From positions 72,602,001 to 72,666,000 of the forward strand of contig NC_043001.1 of NCBI RefSeq assembly GCF_006345805.1: a stretch of DNA of 64,000 bases. Reading direction: 5' to 3'. The notes beneath the pieces were generated by a model. The model made no database searches and was not told where the DNA came from. It worked only from the letters and a program-made list of their open reading frames with translations. The stretch is from Octopus sinensis. Its lineage: Eukaryota. Within the stretch, counting starts at the first letter, position 1. The number at the start of each line of letters is the position of its first letter. A program made the position numbers and the translations under genes. Of this stretch, positions 63,453-64,000 are shown piece by piece.

Positions 63453-64000
63453 TCTTTCAAATAAGATTTAGCTCTTTACTTTTCATAGATTATTTTATAT
63501 TTTAAGTATATATTTAAACTGTCTTCGGGAAACCGGAAAATCCTGATATCTGGACCACTTCCAGTCCCAACTTGCCGGATATTTGGTTCGGTACCTGACC
63601 TGGTTTTTAAAATTGAGGAATGAGTAAAGAGGCAGGTAGAGTTGGGATGTCACATACCTTCCTATACACTGGTGCCGCAATACTTAAATTGTCAAACTAC
63701 GAGTGTCACAAACAGAGATATTAACCACAGTGTCGATACTTAGATCATCGTCAACTTTGTGGTATGATGTGGACATGTAGTGAATATCAAATTGGCTAGG
63801 AATGATGTCGGTGAGAAGGGCCTTCGTGAATATACAAGATATCTAAATTATATCTCATTGAAGCAACAGGTGGAAATACCATAAGATTAATCGTGCAAAA
63901 CAGAAAGTTTAAAACGGTTACTTCTGATGGCTTTCTGCTCAGAAGTAATTGAGTAGTAGGGGAAGTGAGAGAACAACAGAGCAAGCAATAACACTGTTGC

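Overview
Eukaryotic, AT-rich, microsatellite-dense DNA. The SINE and LINE repertoire and repeat style resemble an octopus (coleoid cephalopod) genome; this is inference from recall, not a database result. No host protein-coding gene, true tRNA/rRNA gene or CRISPR array can be supported. Most ORFs in the supplied track are translations of (TA)n, (TG)n, (ATAC)n and (TAA)n tracts. The window is a mosaic of transposon fossils: several R4/Dong-type RLE non-LTR elements (one with an intact 717-aa RT-zinc knuckle-RLE ORF), HERO/NeSL-like and CRE-like fragments, CR1-group and RTE LINEs, Gypsy LTR remnants, Tc1/mariner (mariner and maT-like) elements, two non-autonomous Helitrons, Penelope-like elements (PLEs) with minimal hammerhead ribozyme motifs, and many tRNA-derived SINEs. 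Five structures stand out. (1) An RT-less PLE derivative (35985-37530) whose 3' end reads tRNA-like Pol III head, (AAT)n, hammerhead, with a second hammerhead in an inverted 5' pLTR. (2) A spacerless palindrome of about 380 bp split by a SINE (24230-24881). (3) A non-coding element of about 550-600 bp whose three long copies all sit inside (TAA)n arrays with the same polarity as the Dong elements. (4) An RLE retroelement end embedded in, and carrying, (TACA)n. (5) Several other fold-back structures. Element boundaries were read by eye and are approximate unless a motif is quoted.
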